Shown here: in pieces, positions 46,857 through 58,090 of the stretch
Position numbering within the stretch: the first letter of the stretch is position 1
Layout: every line of letters begins with the position of its first letter
Origin: an uncultured delta proteobacterium
GTDB taxonomy: Bacteria; Myxococcota; Myxococcia; SLRQ01
NCBI GenBank assembly: GCA_963727485.1
Contig: CAVSGM010000001.1
Span: 928,001 to 992,000, forward strand
Length of the DNA stretch: 64,000 nt
Direction: 5' to 3'
Made by a program: the position numbers and the translations under genes
The notes under the pieces: model-generated
What the model was told of the DNA's origin: nothing
Databases searched by the model: none
The model's input: the letters and a program-made list of their open reading frames with translations, nothing else

Positions 46857-49397
46857 ATGGGGCGACGCACGACGATGGCCTGGGCGGTGGCGCTGGTCCT
46901 GGGGACGGCCCCGGCGGGGTGCACCATGAGCTTCCCCTCGGCGGACCAGTCGCACGTCTTCGCGTGCCACCAGGACAGCGACTGCGCCAGCGGCTACATG
47001 TGCGGCGCGGACCGGAAGTGCGACGTGCCTTCGGAGGCCGGCGGCGACGGCGGGACCACGGGCACCGACGGCGGGACGACCGGGACCGACGGCGGCACCA
47101 GCGGCACCGACGGCGGCACCAGCGGCACCGACGGCGGCACCAGCGGCACCGACGGCGGCACCCCGCCGCAGTGCGACACCCGGATCGCCCTGAGCCCGAG
47201 CACGGTCAACGACCACGATGGCTTCGGGGTTGCCTTCTACCTGCCCGCGGGCGTCCAGCCCCAGCGGGTCCGCGTCGACGGCAACCTGACGCCCAATCCC
47301 ACGCCGATCGCGTCGGGCAACCTCGCCTTCAACGGCTGGAGCGTTCCGGTCCAGGTCAGCACCTCGCTGCCGACCGCCACCTTCCGGGTGGACGTCACCG
47401 GCGGTGGCTGCTTCGCCGGCAACCTGCGGGTCGTCCACCAGCCCCACACCGTCACCGTCACCCCCAAGGCGGTGGGCGCCGGTGGTGCGACGCCGATCGC
47501 CGTGCACTTCCCCGCCGGCAGCACGCTGCAGCCCGGGGAGGCCGCCTGGGTCTACCTGGTGGACCAGAGTGGGACCCTCCACGCCATGGGCGACGCCATG
47601 GTCACCGGTGCCAACACCGTCGCGGCTCCGGTCGTCGGGGTCGGCCACGGAAGCTATGGCGCCGTGGCAATCGTCGGCGGGCAGTCCCCGCTCCTCGGCG
47701 TCGCGGCGCGCCCGGCCCTGGAGGTCTCCGCCGACGGGGTGCCGCGGATCGTCCGGGTGAGCCCGGTCCACATCCCCAAGGGGGCGACCAACGTGCCGGT
47801 GACCATCACCGTGTCCAACGCCCCTGGGGAGCCGGCCCTCGCCCAGGGTGCCGAGGTGCAGCTGGTCTGTGGCAGCCAGGTGGACACGCCGCAGGCAATC
47901 CCCACCGGGGGCCAGATGGACACCGTGACCCTCGACGCGCCCTCCGCGGGCGAGGGGACGCCCTGCGTCCTCGCCTACCAGGACACCACCCCGGGCGGGA
48001 ACACGCTCACCACGCAGTTCCCCGGCCTGTCCATCAGCGGGAGCGGCGCCGCAGCCTGGACGACCGCCATGGTGAAGCTCGGTACCGCCCGGCAGGACCC
48101 CGGGGCCGCGGTGGTCACCGCCGCCGACGGCACGCGCTACCTGGTGGTGGTCGGTGGCTCCGACGGGACCGCGGCCCTGCGGACCACCGAGTACGCGCCC
48201 CTCGACGACAGGGGGGCGCCACAGCAGTTCTCCCCCGGGCCCCTGCTGCCGACGGCGCCGGGCGTGTGGGCCCCGGCGGTGGTCTCCCTCAGCAATACCA
48301 TCTTCGTCCTGGGGGGCTTCGCGGCCCAGGGCGTGGCCACCAAGTCCGTGTATCGGGCGGAGCTCCGCGATCCCAGGGAGCATCCGACCGGTCTCGGCAC
48401 GGACCTGTCGGTGGGCTCGGGCTACACCAAGACCCAGCCCACCACGTTCTTCTACACGGTGACCGCCGACATCTCGGACCCCAATCGGGGCACCTTCGAG
48501 ACGGTGGCGGCGCCGCCGGTCCGCGCGGAGATCCCCCCGCAGGTTCCGGTGACCGTGGTCCTCCACTGGGCCCAGCAGCCGGGCGCCGTCGGTTACGAGA
48601 TCTACCGGGGCACCACGCCGAACATCTCGCAGATGGACCACATCCAGAGCATCAAGGACAACAACACTCTTCAGTTCGACGACCTGGGCGCCCCGACGCT
48701 GGACGGGTCGAGGCCGCCCCCGCCCGACACGCTCACCCCCTGGAAGGCGCAGTCCCAGGCCCTCACCGGGCCCCGGGCCGCGGCCGGCGCGGTGGTGATC
48801 CCCGATGACCAGGGAGGCGGCGTCATCGTGGTGGGGGGCGGCAACGACGGCACCCAGGATCTCGCCAGCGTAGAGGTGGGCGACCTGACCGCGCAGACCC
48901 CGCCGCTGCGGCTCCAGGTCTTCAAGTCCCTGGGGTCGAACGTGCTCTCCCAGGCCCGGCAGGGCCTCGACGCCCGGGTGGTGGACAGACACTGGACCCC
49001 TGGGGCCGGGAACCTCGGCGGCTACGTGATCTTCGGACCGGGAGCGAGCTCCACGACCGCGCAGCCCATCGTGGAGTGGGGAGCCTACGCCGGCGGTGCG
49101 CTCACGCTGACCTCCGGCAATGCGCCCCCGATGCGAGACGGGCTCCACCTGTTCACCGGGGCCGGCCTCGTCGACGTCCTGGGGGTGGACGAGAACACCG
49201 CCCCGGCCACCTCGTCGGACGTCCAGCTCCCGATGCCGATCACCGGCAGCACCCTGACCGTGACCGCCTCCGGCAGCGTGGGCCCCATCCTCACGTCCCT
49301 GGCCCGGCACCGCGGGAGCGCCGAGGCCAACGGCTTGTGCTACCTGGTCGGCGGCGGCGGCTCGGACGGGACCACGGTCCTCTGGACCATCCGGTAG
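46857..49397 (+). CDS. Large lipoprotein with Cys-rich N-terminal knot, GTDGGT linker, Ig/FN3-like and Kelch-like repeats
   Basis: PAGC lipobox, CHQDSDCASGYMC..C, YLVVVGGSDG, IFVLGG, GYEIYRG, CYLVGG. Confidence 0.75.
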   Translation: MGRRTTMAWAVALVLGTAPAGCTMSFPSADQSHVFACHQDSDCASGYMCGADRKCDVPSEAGGDGGTTGTDGGTTGTDGGTSGTDGGTSGTDGGTSGTDGGTPPQCDTRIALSPSTVNDHDGFGVAFYLPAGVQPQRVRVDGNLTPNPTPIASGNLAFNGWSVPVQVSTSLPTATFRVDVTGGGCFAGNLRVVHQPHTVTVTPKAVGAGGATPIAVHFPAGSTLQPGEAAWVYLVDQSGTLHAMGDAMVTGANTVAAPVVGVGHGSYGAVAIVGGQSPLLGVAARPALEVSADGVPRIVRVSPVHIPKGATNVPVTITVSNAPGEPALAQGAEVQLVCGSQVDTPQAIPTGGQMDTVTLDAPSAGEGTPCVLAYQDTTPGGNTLTTQFPGLSISGSGAAAWTTAMVKLGTARQDPGAAVVTAADGTRYLVVVGGSDGTAALRTTEYAPLDDRGAPQQFSPGPLLPTAPGVWAPAVVSLSNTIFVLGGFAAQGVATKSVYRAELRDPREHPTGLGTDLSVGSGYTKTQPTTFFYTVTADISDPNRGTFETVAAPPVRAEIPPQVPVTVVLHWAQQPGAVGYEIYRGTTPNISQMDHIQSIKDNNTLQFDDLGAPTLDGSRPPPPDTLTPWKAQSQALTGPRAAAGAVVIPDDQGGGVIVVGGGNDGTQDLASVEVGDLTAQTPPLRLQVFKSLGSNVLSQARQGLDARVVDRHWTPGAGNLGGYVIFGPGASSTTAQPIVEWGAYAGGALTLTSGNAPPMRDGLHLFTGAGLVDVLGVDENTAPATSSDVQLPMPITGSTLTVTASGSVGPILTSLARHRGSAEANGLCYLVGGGGSDGTTVLWTIR
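47061..47162 (+). repeat. 21-bp coding tandem repeat (about 5 copies) encoding GTDGGT(T/S)
   Basis: GGCACCGACGGCGGCACCAGC-type units in frame. Confidence 0.9.
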
Positions 49398-50122
49398 GTC
49401 CGCTCCACCACCTGGTCCACGCCGCAGACGCTGGTGTCCACGGTGTACCGGGCCCGGGCGTAGAGGGGCGCGCGCTCGGCGAGCAGCGCCCGGAGCTCGG
49501 CCATGGCGTGGGGGTTGTCGGCCATGGGGCGCGGGTCGCCCTGGTCGACGACCCGGTGCCAGTGGTCCTCGGGGTCGGCCTTGAGCCACACGGTGGTGGC
49601 CTGGCGCTGGAGGAGCTCGAAGGCCTCGGGGCTGGTGACGATGCCGCCGCCGGTGGCGATGACCGCGCCGCCCGGGTGACCGAGGACGCCCTCGAGGACC
49701 TCCCGCTCCACCCGCCGGTAGTAGGCCTCGCCGTGGAAGTCGAAGAGCTCCCGGAGGGTCAGGCCGGCCTCGGCCTCGACCCGGGCGTCGAGCTCCACGA
49801 AGGGGACCCCGAGGCGCTCGGCGAGCCGCGGGCCCACGGTGCTCTTCCCGGCGCCCCGGAGGCCGAGGAGCGCGATGGCCGGCCGCTCGCCGTCCTCGGC
49901 CGGGAGCAGGTCCCGGGTGGGCAGGCCCAGGGCCCGGGCCACCTGGGCCAGGCGGGCCACCGAGATGTTCCCCCGGCCGCTCTCGAGGTCGGCGAGGTAG
50001 CGCTCGCTGACCCCGGAGCGCTCGGAGAGGGCCCGCCGGGTGAGGTGGTGGCCCTCCCGGAGGCCCCGGACCCGGTGGCCCAGGGCGACGAGGAGGGGGT
50101 CGGTGGCGCGGGGTGCGGTCAT
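49340..50122 (-). CDS. boxR: BoxR/BzdR-family regulator (XRE HTH + shikimate-kinase-like domain)
   Basis: SGVSERYLADLESGRGNIS HTH, IALLGLRGAGKST, IATGGG, VVDQGDPRPM. Divergent from boxC. Confidence 0.9.
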   Translation of the reverse strand: MTAPRATDPLLVALGHRVRGLREGHHLTRRALSERSGVSERYLADLESGRGNISVARLAQVARALGLPTRDLLPAEDGERPAIALLGLRGAGKSTVGPRLAERLGVPFVELDARVEAEAGLTLRELFDFHGEAYYRRVEREVLEGVLGHPGGAVIATGGGIVTSPEAFELLQRQATTVWLKADPEDHWHRVVDQGDPRPMADNPHAMAELRALLAERAPLYARARYTVDTSVCGVDQVVERTYRMVQRTVVPSEPPPPTR

Positions 50123-50129
50123 GACGGGG

Positions 50130-50175
50130 TGAACTATAGCGCATCGTTTTCGAACAGGGCAAGGCACTATAGTGC
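50130..50175. promoter_or_regulatory. Two putative BoxR/BzdR operators
   Basis: Perfect palindrome GCACTATAGTGC (50164-50175) and degenerate TGAACTATAGCGCA (50130-50143), both fitting TGCA-N6-TGCA, with centres 33 bp apart. Confidence 0.75.
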
Positions 50176-50204
50176 TTGCATTCGCTGATCTCGATCAGTA
50201 GATT
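50176..50204 (+). promoter_or_regulatory. Sigma70-type boxC promoter with an FNR-like palindrome in the spacer
   Basis: TTGCAT-17 bp-TAGATT, 8 nt before the ATG. The spacer contains CTGAT-CTCG-ATCAG (50185-50198). Confidence 0.65.
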
Positions 50205-50212
50205 GGCTCGCC

Positions 50213-51892
50213 ATGAGCGAGGCGAAGACGATCCCGATGCCCGAGTCGGCCCCCGAGCCGGTGACCTTCGAGACCCACCCCGACCGGTACCAGCACTGGC
50301 GCCTCGCGGTGGACGGACAGGTGGCCACCCTGAAGATGGCGGTCAAGGAGGACGGGGGCCTGCGGGACGGCTACCTCCTCAAGCTCAACAGCTACGACCT
50401 CGGCGTGGACATCGAGCTCGCCGACGCCCTCCAGCGCCTGCGCTTCGAGCACCCGGAGGTGAAGGTGCTGGTGGTCACCAGCGTCCTGGAGCGGATGTTC
50501 TGCGCCGGCGCCAACATCAAGATGCTCGGCTCCAGCCGCCACCCCTGGAAGGTGAACTTCTGCAAGTACACCAACGAGACGCGCCTCTACCTCGAGGACG
50601 CCTCGGAGCGCTCGGGCCTCAAGACCCTCGCCGCCCTCAACGGCATCGCCGCCGGCGGGGGCTACGAGCTGGCGCTCGCCTGCGACCGGATCCTGCTGGT
50701 GGACGACGGGGCCAGCGTGGTCTCGCTCCCCGAGGTGCCGCTCCTCGGCGTGCTCCCGGGCACCGGCGGCCTCACCCGGGTCACCGACAAGCGCAAGGTG
50801 CGCCGGGATCTCGCCGACGTGTTCTGCTCCAACCAGGACGGGGTCAAGGGCGACCGGGCGGTGAAGTGGAACCTGGTCGACGCGGTGGCCCCCCGGTCGT
50901 CGTGGGACGAGGCGGTGGCCAAGGAGGCCAAGGCGCTCGCCGCCGAGTCCACCCGGCCCGGCACCGGGCCCGGCATCACCCTCACCCCCCTGGATCCCGA
51001 GCTCGCCGACACCGCCTGGCGCTACCGCCACGTCAGCGTGGATCTCGACCGGGCACGGCGGGTGGCCACGCTCACGGTGCGCGGCCCCGAGGGCCCGCAG
51101 CCCGAGACCCCCGAGGCCCTCTTCGAGGCCGGTGCCGACGCCTGGTGCCTCCGGGCCTTCCGGGAGCTCGACGACGCGCTCCTGCGCCTGCGCCTCAACG
51201 AGGGGGAGCTCGGCACCCTGCTCCTGCGCACCGAGGGCGACCCCGAGGCCGTCCTCGCCGTGGACCGCTTCCTCCAGGAGGAGCGCGAGGCCAGCTGGCT
51301 GGTGAACGAGGTGGCCCTCCACCTGGCCCGGGTCCTCCGGCGCCTGGACATGATGGCCAAGAGCCTCATCGCCCTGGTGGAGCCCGGGAGCTGCTTCGCC
51401 GGGTCGCTCGCCGAGCTGGCCTTCGCCGCCGACCGCAGCTACATGCTCGACGACCCGGACCGGCCCACGGCCCTGCGCCTCGGGCCCCTGAACGGCGGCC
51501 CCCTGAAGATGGGCAACGGGCTGACGCGCCTGGAGTCGCGCTTCCTCGGGACGCCGGAGCAGGTCGCGGTGGTCCTGGGCCACGACGGGCCCTTCGACGC
51601 CGAGGCGGCGCTGGCGGCGGGCCTCGTGACCTACGCCCCCGACGACATCGACTGGGAGGACGAGGTGCGCCTCGCGGTGGAGGAGCGCGCCAGCCTCTCG
51701 CCGGACGCCCTCACCGGGATGGAGGCGAACCTGCGCTTCGCCGGCCCCGAGACCATGGAGACCAAGATCTTCGGGCGGCTCTCGGCCTGGCAGAACTGGA
51801 TCTTCCAGCGCCCCAACGCCGTGGGCAAGCAGGGCGCCCTGACCCTCTACGGGCAGCCCGAGCAGCCCGAGTTCGATTTCGAGCGCACCTGA
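50213..51892 (+). CDS. boxC: 2,3-epoxybenzoyl-CoA dihydrolase
   Basis: LKLNSYDLGVDIEL, KVNFCKYTNETR, LPEVPLLGVLPGTGG, SPDALTGMEANLRF, RLSAWQNWIF.RPNA. Confidence 0.97.
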   Translation: MSEAKTIPMPESAPEPVTFETHPDRYQHWRLAVDGQVATLKMAVKEDGGLRDGYLLKLNSYDLGVDIELADALQRLRFEHPEVKVLVVTSVLERMFCAGANIKMLGSSRHPWKVNFCKYTNETRLYLEDASERSGLKTLAALNGIAAGGGYELALACDRILLVDDGASVVSLPEVPLLGVLPGTGGLTRVTDKRKVRRDLADVFCSNQDGVKGDRAVKWNLVDAVAPRSSWDEAVAKEAKALAAESTRPGTGPGITLTPLDPELADTAWRYRHVSVDLDRARRVATLTVRGPEGPQPETPEALFEAGADAWCLRAFRELDDALLRLRLNEGELGTLLLRTEGDPEAVLAVDRFLQEEREASWLVNEVALHLARVLRRLDMMAKSLIALVEPGSCFAGSLAELAFAADRSYMLDDPDRPTALRLGPLNGGPLKMGNGLTRLESRFLGTPEQVAVVLGHDGPFDAEAALAAGLVTYAPDDIDWEDEVRLAVEERASLSPDALTGMEANLRFAGPETMETKIFGRLSAWQNWIFQRPNAVGKQGALTLYGQPEQPEFDFERT

Positions 51893-51938
51893 GCAAAGCG
51901 CGCGCACCGGACCACCGGTGCGGGAAGGACCTCTCGAC

Positions 51939-53360
<1,422 letters not shown>

Positions 53361-53421
53361 GGGCGCCAGGGGCGGCGGCCCTGCGTTGAGCCGCCGGATG
53401 GGCTCGGGTAGTATCTGCGGG

Positions 53422-54381
53422 ATGAACCTAAGCCGCCGGTCGCGCGCAGGCCTCGTCTGCGCGCTCGCCCTCGGGGCCCTCCTGGGCCCCCGGTGGGCCC
53501 TCGCCGACGGCCCCGCCCAGACCAAGGTCGCCGTCCTCGACGTCAAGGCCACCGGCCCGGTGGCGAAGAAGCAGATCCAGGGGCTCTCGCAGGTGGTGGC
53601 CTCGGTGGTCGCGGCGCGGCCGTCGCTCCAGGTGCTGACCAGCGAGGACATCCGCACCATGCTCGGCTTCCAGGCGGAGAAGCAGCTCCTCGGCTGCACC
53701 GACTCCCACTGCCTGGCCCAGATCGGCGGCGCCCTGGGCGTGGGCTTCGTGGTGGCGCCGGAGATCTCCCGGGTGGGCAAGACCTGGCTGGTCACGGTGG
53801 TGGTCCTCGACGTGCAGAACGCCCGGGCGGTGGCCCGGAAGACCGGGACCGCCCAGAGCGAGGACGACCTGGTCACGGTGACCACCCGGGAGACGAAGGC
53901 CGTCCTCCCGGCGCTGCTCCCCAAGCAGGCCAGGCCGGCGAAGCAGACCACGGCTGCCGGCGCCAAGGCCCCGGCGGGCAAGCCCAGCCCGTCGCCGGAG
54001 TCGAGCCACACCGCCCCGGCGACCGCCGCCCCCGCTGCCGCAATTGCGCCGGCGCCGTCCCCGCCGGGTCGCGGTGCCCTCGCCTGGACGCTCACCGGGG
54101 TGGGCGCCGCCGCGGTGATCGTCGGCGCCATCCTCTACGGCAACGCCTGGTCGGTGAACGGCCGGTACGCGGCCGACCCCTCCAACATCACCTGGAGCGA
54201 GGCGCAGGACGCCGAGGCCCAGTCCCAGATCGGGGTCGCCACGGCGGTCCTGGGGGTCGCGGCGGTCGCCGGCTCGTTCCTGGTCCCGGCGCCCCACCCG
54301 GCGGGGACGACCCTGGGGCTCTCGGTGCTGCCAGGCGGCGCCTACGCCGAGGTCACCATCTCCCTGGGAGGTGGGCGATGA
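53422..54381 (+). CDS. Paralog of 45889..46839 (CsgG/TolB-N-like domain + hydrophobic hairpin)
   Basis: KVAV...MLGFQAEKQLLGCTDSHCLAQIGGALGV. Same architecture as the first copy. Confidence 0.65.
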   Translation: MNLSRRSRAGLVCALALGALLGPRWALADGPAQTKVAVLDVKATGPVAKKQIQGLSQVVASVVAARPSLQVLTSEDIRTMLGFQAEKQLLGCTDSHCLAQIGGALGVGFVVAPEISRVGKTWLVTVVVLDVQNARAVARKTGTAQSEDDLVTVTTRETKAVLPALLPKQARPAKQTTAAGAKAPAGKPSPSPESSHTAPATAAPAAAIAPAPSPPGRGALAWTLTGVGAAAVIVGAILYGNAWSVNGRYAADPSNITWSEAQDAEAQSQIGVATAVLGVAAVAGSFLVPAPHPAGTTLGLSVLPGGAYAEVTISLGGGR

Positions 54382-55523
54382 AGCGCGCCCTGACCCTCCT
54401 CGCCGGCCTGGGGCTCCTGGTCGCCGGCTGCCCCCAGTTCTCCCAGGGGGCGAGGTATCACTGCGACCCCCAGAACGCGTGCCCCGGCGGGAGCACCTGT
54501 GTGAACAACTTCTGCGTCGCCCAGGCCGACGGTGGGCAGCCGGGCACCGACGGGGGCCATGCCGGCAGCGACTGTACCGGTGGCACCGGCTGCGACGGCT
54601 TCGCCAACAGCTTCTGTCACCAGGGCTACTGCCTGGTCCAGTGCGGCCAGAACGCCAACTGCGCCCCCGACGAGATCTGTGACACCACCTCCGGAAGCCC
54701 GGTCTGCCAGAAGGCGGACGGGGTGCCGTGTGGCGGTGACAGCGACTGTCCCGTCCACTTCAAGTGCGCGAACGGCCCCACCGGCAACATCTGCCGGCGG
54801 CTCTGCCTCGACGTCAGCGGCTGTCCCGAGGGGTGGAAGTGCGACCCGCTCGGCGGCCAGCAGGCCTGCATGCCGGCGGAGTGCGGGGCCGGCGCCCAGG
54901 GAATGACGGCAGCGTTCGGCGCTACCGACGCCTGTACGCTCCAGACCGGCGTGAACGAGGTCAACGGGACCTGTGTCGGCCCCGAGCCCCAGACCTACCT
55001 GGCCGACCAGGACGACGGCCTCTGTTACGGCGACGGGAAGCTCCAGGAAGGCGTCGCGTGCGGCAGCGGGGCCCTCTACGGCGACGGCAGCCAGGCGTGC
55101 GCGGCGGGCCTGGCCTGCGTCCCACCCCTGCCGCTGCTCACCAACGGGGGGAATCCGCCGAGCGGGCCGGCTACCTGCAGGACGCTGTGCGGGGCCGGCG
55201 CGGGTCCGTGCCCGCAGGGGTCGAGGTGCTGGCAGCTCTGGGCCGATCTCGGGGTCTGCGTGAAGCAGCAGGCCGGGGTGCTCCAGGGCCAGCCGGGCAA
55301 CGCCTGCGGCTCCGCCATCACGGTGACCCAGGCGGCCGACAACCGCACGTGCATCGACGGCGTCATCTGCGTCCCCTCGAGCGTCGGAGCGACGGGTGGG
55401 ACCTGCTACCAGGCCTGCAACACGGGCACCTCCCACAACCCCGTGGTCTGTCCTGGCGGCGCCACCTGTACCGCCGTCCCCGGCAACACCCGGGTGCCCA
55501 ACCTCGGCTACTGCAAGCCCTGA
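54378..55523 (+). CDS. Cysteine-rich lipoprotein
   Basis: Lipobox LVAGC, many CxxxxxC/CP.G..C repeats. ATGA-coupled to the upstream gene. Confidence 0.8.
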   Translation: MKRALTLLAGLGLLVAGCPQFSQGARYHCDPQNACPGGSTCVNNFCVAQADGGQPGTDGGHAGSDCTGGTGCDGFANSFCHQGYCLVQCGQNANCAPDEICDTTSGSPVCQKADGVPCGGDSDCPVHFKCANGPTGNICRRLCLDVSGCPEGWKCDPLGGQQACMPAECGAGAQGMTAAFGATDACTLQTGVNEVNGTCVGPEPQTYLADQDDGLCYGDGKLQEGVACGSGALYGDGSQACAAGLACVPPLPLLTNGGNPPSGPATCRTLCGAGAGPCPQGSRCWQLWADLGVCVKQQAGVLQGQPGNACGSAITVTQAADNRTCIDGVICVPSSVGATGGTCYQACNTGTSHNPVVCPGGATCTAVPGNTRVPNLGYCKP

Positions 55524-55582
55524 CCCCGGGCGGGGCCGGGGTGCCTGGACGCCAAAGGGCCCCGGGACTATCCTCCCGCCCA

Positions 55583-55837
55583 ATGAAGCCCGACGAGCTC
55601 AAGCAGGCCATCGAGGAAGGCATCCCCGGCGCCCGGGTCCTCATCAAGGACCTCACCGGCACCGCCGACCACTACCAGGCGATCGTGGGGGCCGAGGCCT
55701 TCACCGGCAAGACCCTGGTGCAGCAGCACCAGATGGTCTACCAGGCCGTCGGTCCCAAGGTCGGCGGCGAGGTGCACGCGCTCTCGCTGAAGACCTGCAC
55801 CCCCGCAGACTTCGACCGCCTCGCCGAAGGCGGCTGA
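55583..55837 (+). CDS. BolA/IbaG family protein
   Basis: DHY..I...F.GKTLVQQHQMVY..EVHALSLKT. Confidence 0.92.
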   Translation: MKPDELKQAIEEGIPGARVLIKDLTGTADHYQAIVGAEAFTGKTLVQQHQMVYQAVGPKVGGEVHALSLKTCTPADFDRLAEGG

Positions 55838-55858
55838 CCCACTCACAGAGGTACCAAG

Positions 55859-56185
55859 ATGGACGACGCGACCAAGAAGCGGATCGAGGACAAGATCTCC
55901 AGCGCCCCGGTGGTGATCTTCATGAAGGGCTCCCCCATGCTGCCCCAGTGCGGCTTCTCCGCCCAGGCGGTGGAGGTGCTCCGGCGCAGCGGCGCCACCG
56001 ACCTCGCCTACGAGGACGTCCTCGCCGACCCCGAGGTCCGCCAGGGCATCAAGGAGCACACCGGCTGGCCGACCATCCCCCAGGTCTTCATCCAGGGGGA
56101 GTTCGTCGGCGGTGCCGACGTGGTCACCGAGCTCTACCAGCAGGGCGAGCTCGCCGGGAAGGTCAAGGCGGCCCAGGGCGAGTAG
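55859..56185 (+). CDS. grxD: Monothiol glutaredoxin Grx4
   Basis: FMKG, PQCGFS, WPTIPQ, GGAD. Confidence 0.95.
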   Translation: MDDATKKRIEDKISSAPVVIFMKGSPMLPQCGFSAQAVEVLRRSGATDLAYEDVLADPEVRQGIKEHTGWPTIPQVFIQGEFVGGADVVTELYQQGELAGKVKAAQGE

Positions 56186-56219
56186 CCTTCGCCGGGCGCC
56201 GCCCCCTGCGGGCGCGCGC

Positions 56220-57101
56220 CTAGCGCCGAGCCAGGGCGCAGAGCGACGCCGGGACCCCGAGGCGGGTGCCGGCGTCGTCGATCCAGGCCTCGATGCGCGC
56301 CTCGGGGATCCCGCGGCTGCGCAGGTCCTTGGCCACGGCGATCACCGCCTGCGCCCGGACCTTCTCCACCTGGGCCAGCACCAGGGCGGTCTGGAGGTAG
56401 CTGTGGGTGGGCACCACCCGCGGGTCGGCGAAGGTGTCCGGCTCGGTGGCGCGCTCCAGGTGGACGAAGATCCGGGCGACCGGGTCTGCGGTCACCGGCA
56501 GCGGGCTGGCGAGGTCCACGGCGTCGGCCACGGCGTCCCGGTGCACCCCCAGGTCCTCGAGGCGCGCCGCCAGGGCCGGGCCCCGGAGGCCGGCGCAGAC
56601 CTCGCCGAAGAGGGCGAAGACGGTGGCGTCGGCCTCGACGTCGTCGCCGAAGAGCAGCCAGCTGGCGCCCGTCGGCACCTCCGCCCGGTAGAGGAGGAGG
56701 GCGGCGAGCTTGTAGCCCACCTGCTCGGTGATGCGCCTCGGGTGACCGGCCATCAGCAGGCCGAGCTGGTCCTTGAAGGTGACCCCGTCGTAGTCCACGC
56801 CGTCGAGGGTCATGCGCCGCTCGATGACCTGGCGCAGCTGCACCGGGCTCCCGGAGACGAAGAAGAGGGGCACGATGGCGCTCTCGGCGCCGGCGCCATG
56901 GCGCAGGGCCCGGAGCAGCGGCACCGCCCCGGGGATGGTCTCCTTGTCCACGGCCATCTCGAAGGGGATCGACAGCAGGCCCCGCCACGAGGAGAAGCGG
57001 GTGGCGAGGTAGGTCTTGTCGATGTCCCAGACCAGCACGTCGCCTTCGTAGTCCGGGGGCAGGCGCCGGTCGTTGGACCGCTGGAGGTAGCGCCGGGGCA
57101 C
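56220..57101 (-). CDS. HAD-like phosphatase, App1/LNS2 phosphatidate-phosphatase-like
   Basis: WDIDKTY (DxD), FVSGSP, YK, LFGDD.E.D. Lies in an operon with lipid genes. Confidence 0.7.
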   Translation of the reverse strand: MPRRYLQRSNDRRLPPDYEGDVLVWDIDKTYLATRFSSWRGLLSIPFEMAVDKETIPGAVPLLRALRHGAGAESAIVPLFFVSGSPVQLRQVIERRMTLDGVDYDGVTFKDQLGLLMAGHPRRITEQVGYKLAALLLYRAEVPTGASWLLFGDDVEADATVFALFGEVCAGLRGPALAARLEDLGVHRDAVADAVDLASPLPVTADPVARIFVHLERATEPDTFADPRVVPTHSYLQTALVLAQVEKVRAQAVIAVAKDLRSRGIPEARIEAWIDDAGTRLGVPASLCALARR

Positions 57102-57115
57102 GGGCCGTCGGTCTC

Positions 57116-58090
57116 CTAGGCTCGCAGCCGAAGCCCGGCGGCGAGCTCGAGGTCGAGCTGGAGCACCGCCTCCAGGGTGGGGCCCGCCTCGGCCTCGCCG
57201 TGGAGGATGCGGTGGACGGCGGCGGCGAGGGGCAGCTCGAGTCCAAGGCGGTCGGCGACGTCGAGGGCGGCCGCCGCGGTGTGCACGCCCTCGACCTCGC
57301 CCTTGGCGGCGGCGAGCGCCGCATCGAGGGGCGTGCCCTGGGCGACGGCGGCGCCCACCTGGTGGTGCCGCTCGGTGGCGGCGACCCGCCGGGGGATGAG
57401 GTCGCCGATGCCGGCGAGGCCGGCGAAGGTGGTGGCCTCGGCGCCCAGCGCCCGGCCCACCTGGGAGGCCTCGACCAGGCCCCGGGTGAGGAGGACGCCG
57501 CGCGCGGTGTCGCCGAGGCCGAGCTGGTCGGCCATGCCCACGGCGAGCGCGGTGACGTTGGCGATGGCCCCGGCGACCTCGACGCCGACGACGTCGTGGC
57601 TGGGGTGGACGTGGACCGCGCCCCCGGCGACGGCGGCGCGCACCGCGGCGAGGGTCTCGTCGAAGCGCGAGGCGAGGACCGCGGCGATGGGGTGGCCGCT
57701 CACGAGATCCCGGGCGTGCAGCGGTCCGCCGAGGACACCGATCTTCCGGACGCAGGTCTCCTCTCGGACGACCTGGTGGGGGAGGACGAAGTGGCCGTCG
57801 ACGCCGCGGGTGGCGTGGACCAACAGGTGGTCGGGGCGCGCGGCCTCGCCGAAGGCGGCGACCACCTCGCGGAAGGCGCCGGCGGGGACGGCGACGAAGA
57901 CCAGGTCGGCCTCGGCGCCGGCCTCGGCGACGCTCTTCGCCTGGGCGACCTTGGGCCGCTTCTTGGCGAGCGCCCGGCGGGCGGCGGGGCGACGGACCCA
58001 CATGGTGGTGTCGGCGCCGGCCTCGGAGAGGATCTCGGCGACGGCCTGTCCCATGGCCCCGCCGCCGAGGATGGCGATGCGGGGGCTCAT
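57116..58090 (-). CDS. GpsA-like glycerol-3-phosphate dehydrogenase homolog with degenerate active site
   Basis: GGGAMG, DVVGVEVAG, TRGLVE, TFAGLAGIGDL, VEG. KN is replaced by AN and SRN is absent. Confidence 0.85.
   Translation of the reverse strand: MSPRIAILGGGAMGQAVAEILSEAGADTTMWVRRPAARRALAKKRPKVAQAKSVAEAGAEADLVFVAVPAGAFREVVAAFGEAARPDHLLVHATRGVDGHFVLPHQVVREETCVRKIGVLGGPLHARDLVSGHPIAAVLASRFDETLAAVRAAVAGGAVHVHPSHDVVGVEVAGAIANVTALAVGMADQLGLGDTARGVLLTRGLVEASQVGRALGAEATTFAGLAGIGDLIPRRVAATERHHQVGAAVAQGTPLDAALAAAKGEVEGVHTAAAALDVADRLGLELPLAAAVHRILHGEAEAGPTLEAVLQLDLELAAGLRLRA

Noticed and set aside
49340..50122. Shikimate kinase aroK
   Set aside because: The N-terminal XRE HTH and position divergent from boxC identify a BoxR/BzdR regulator.
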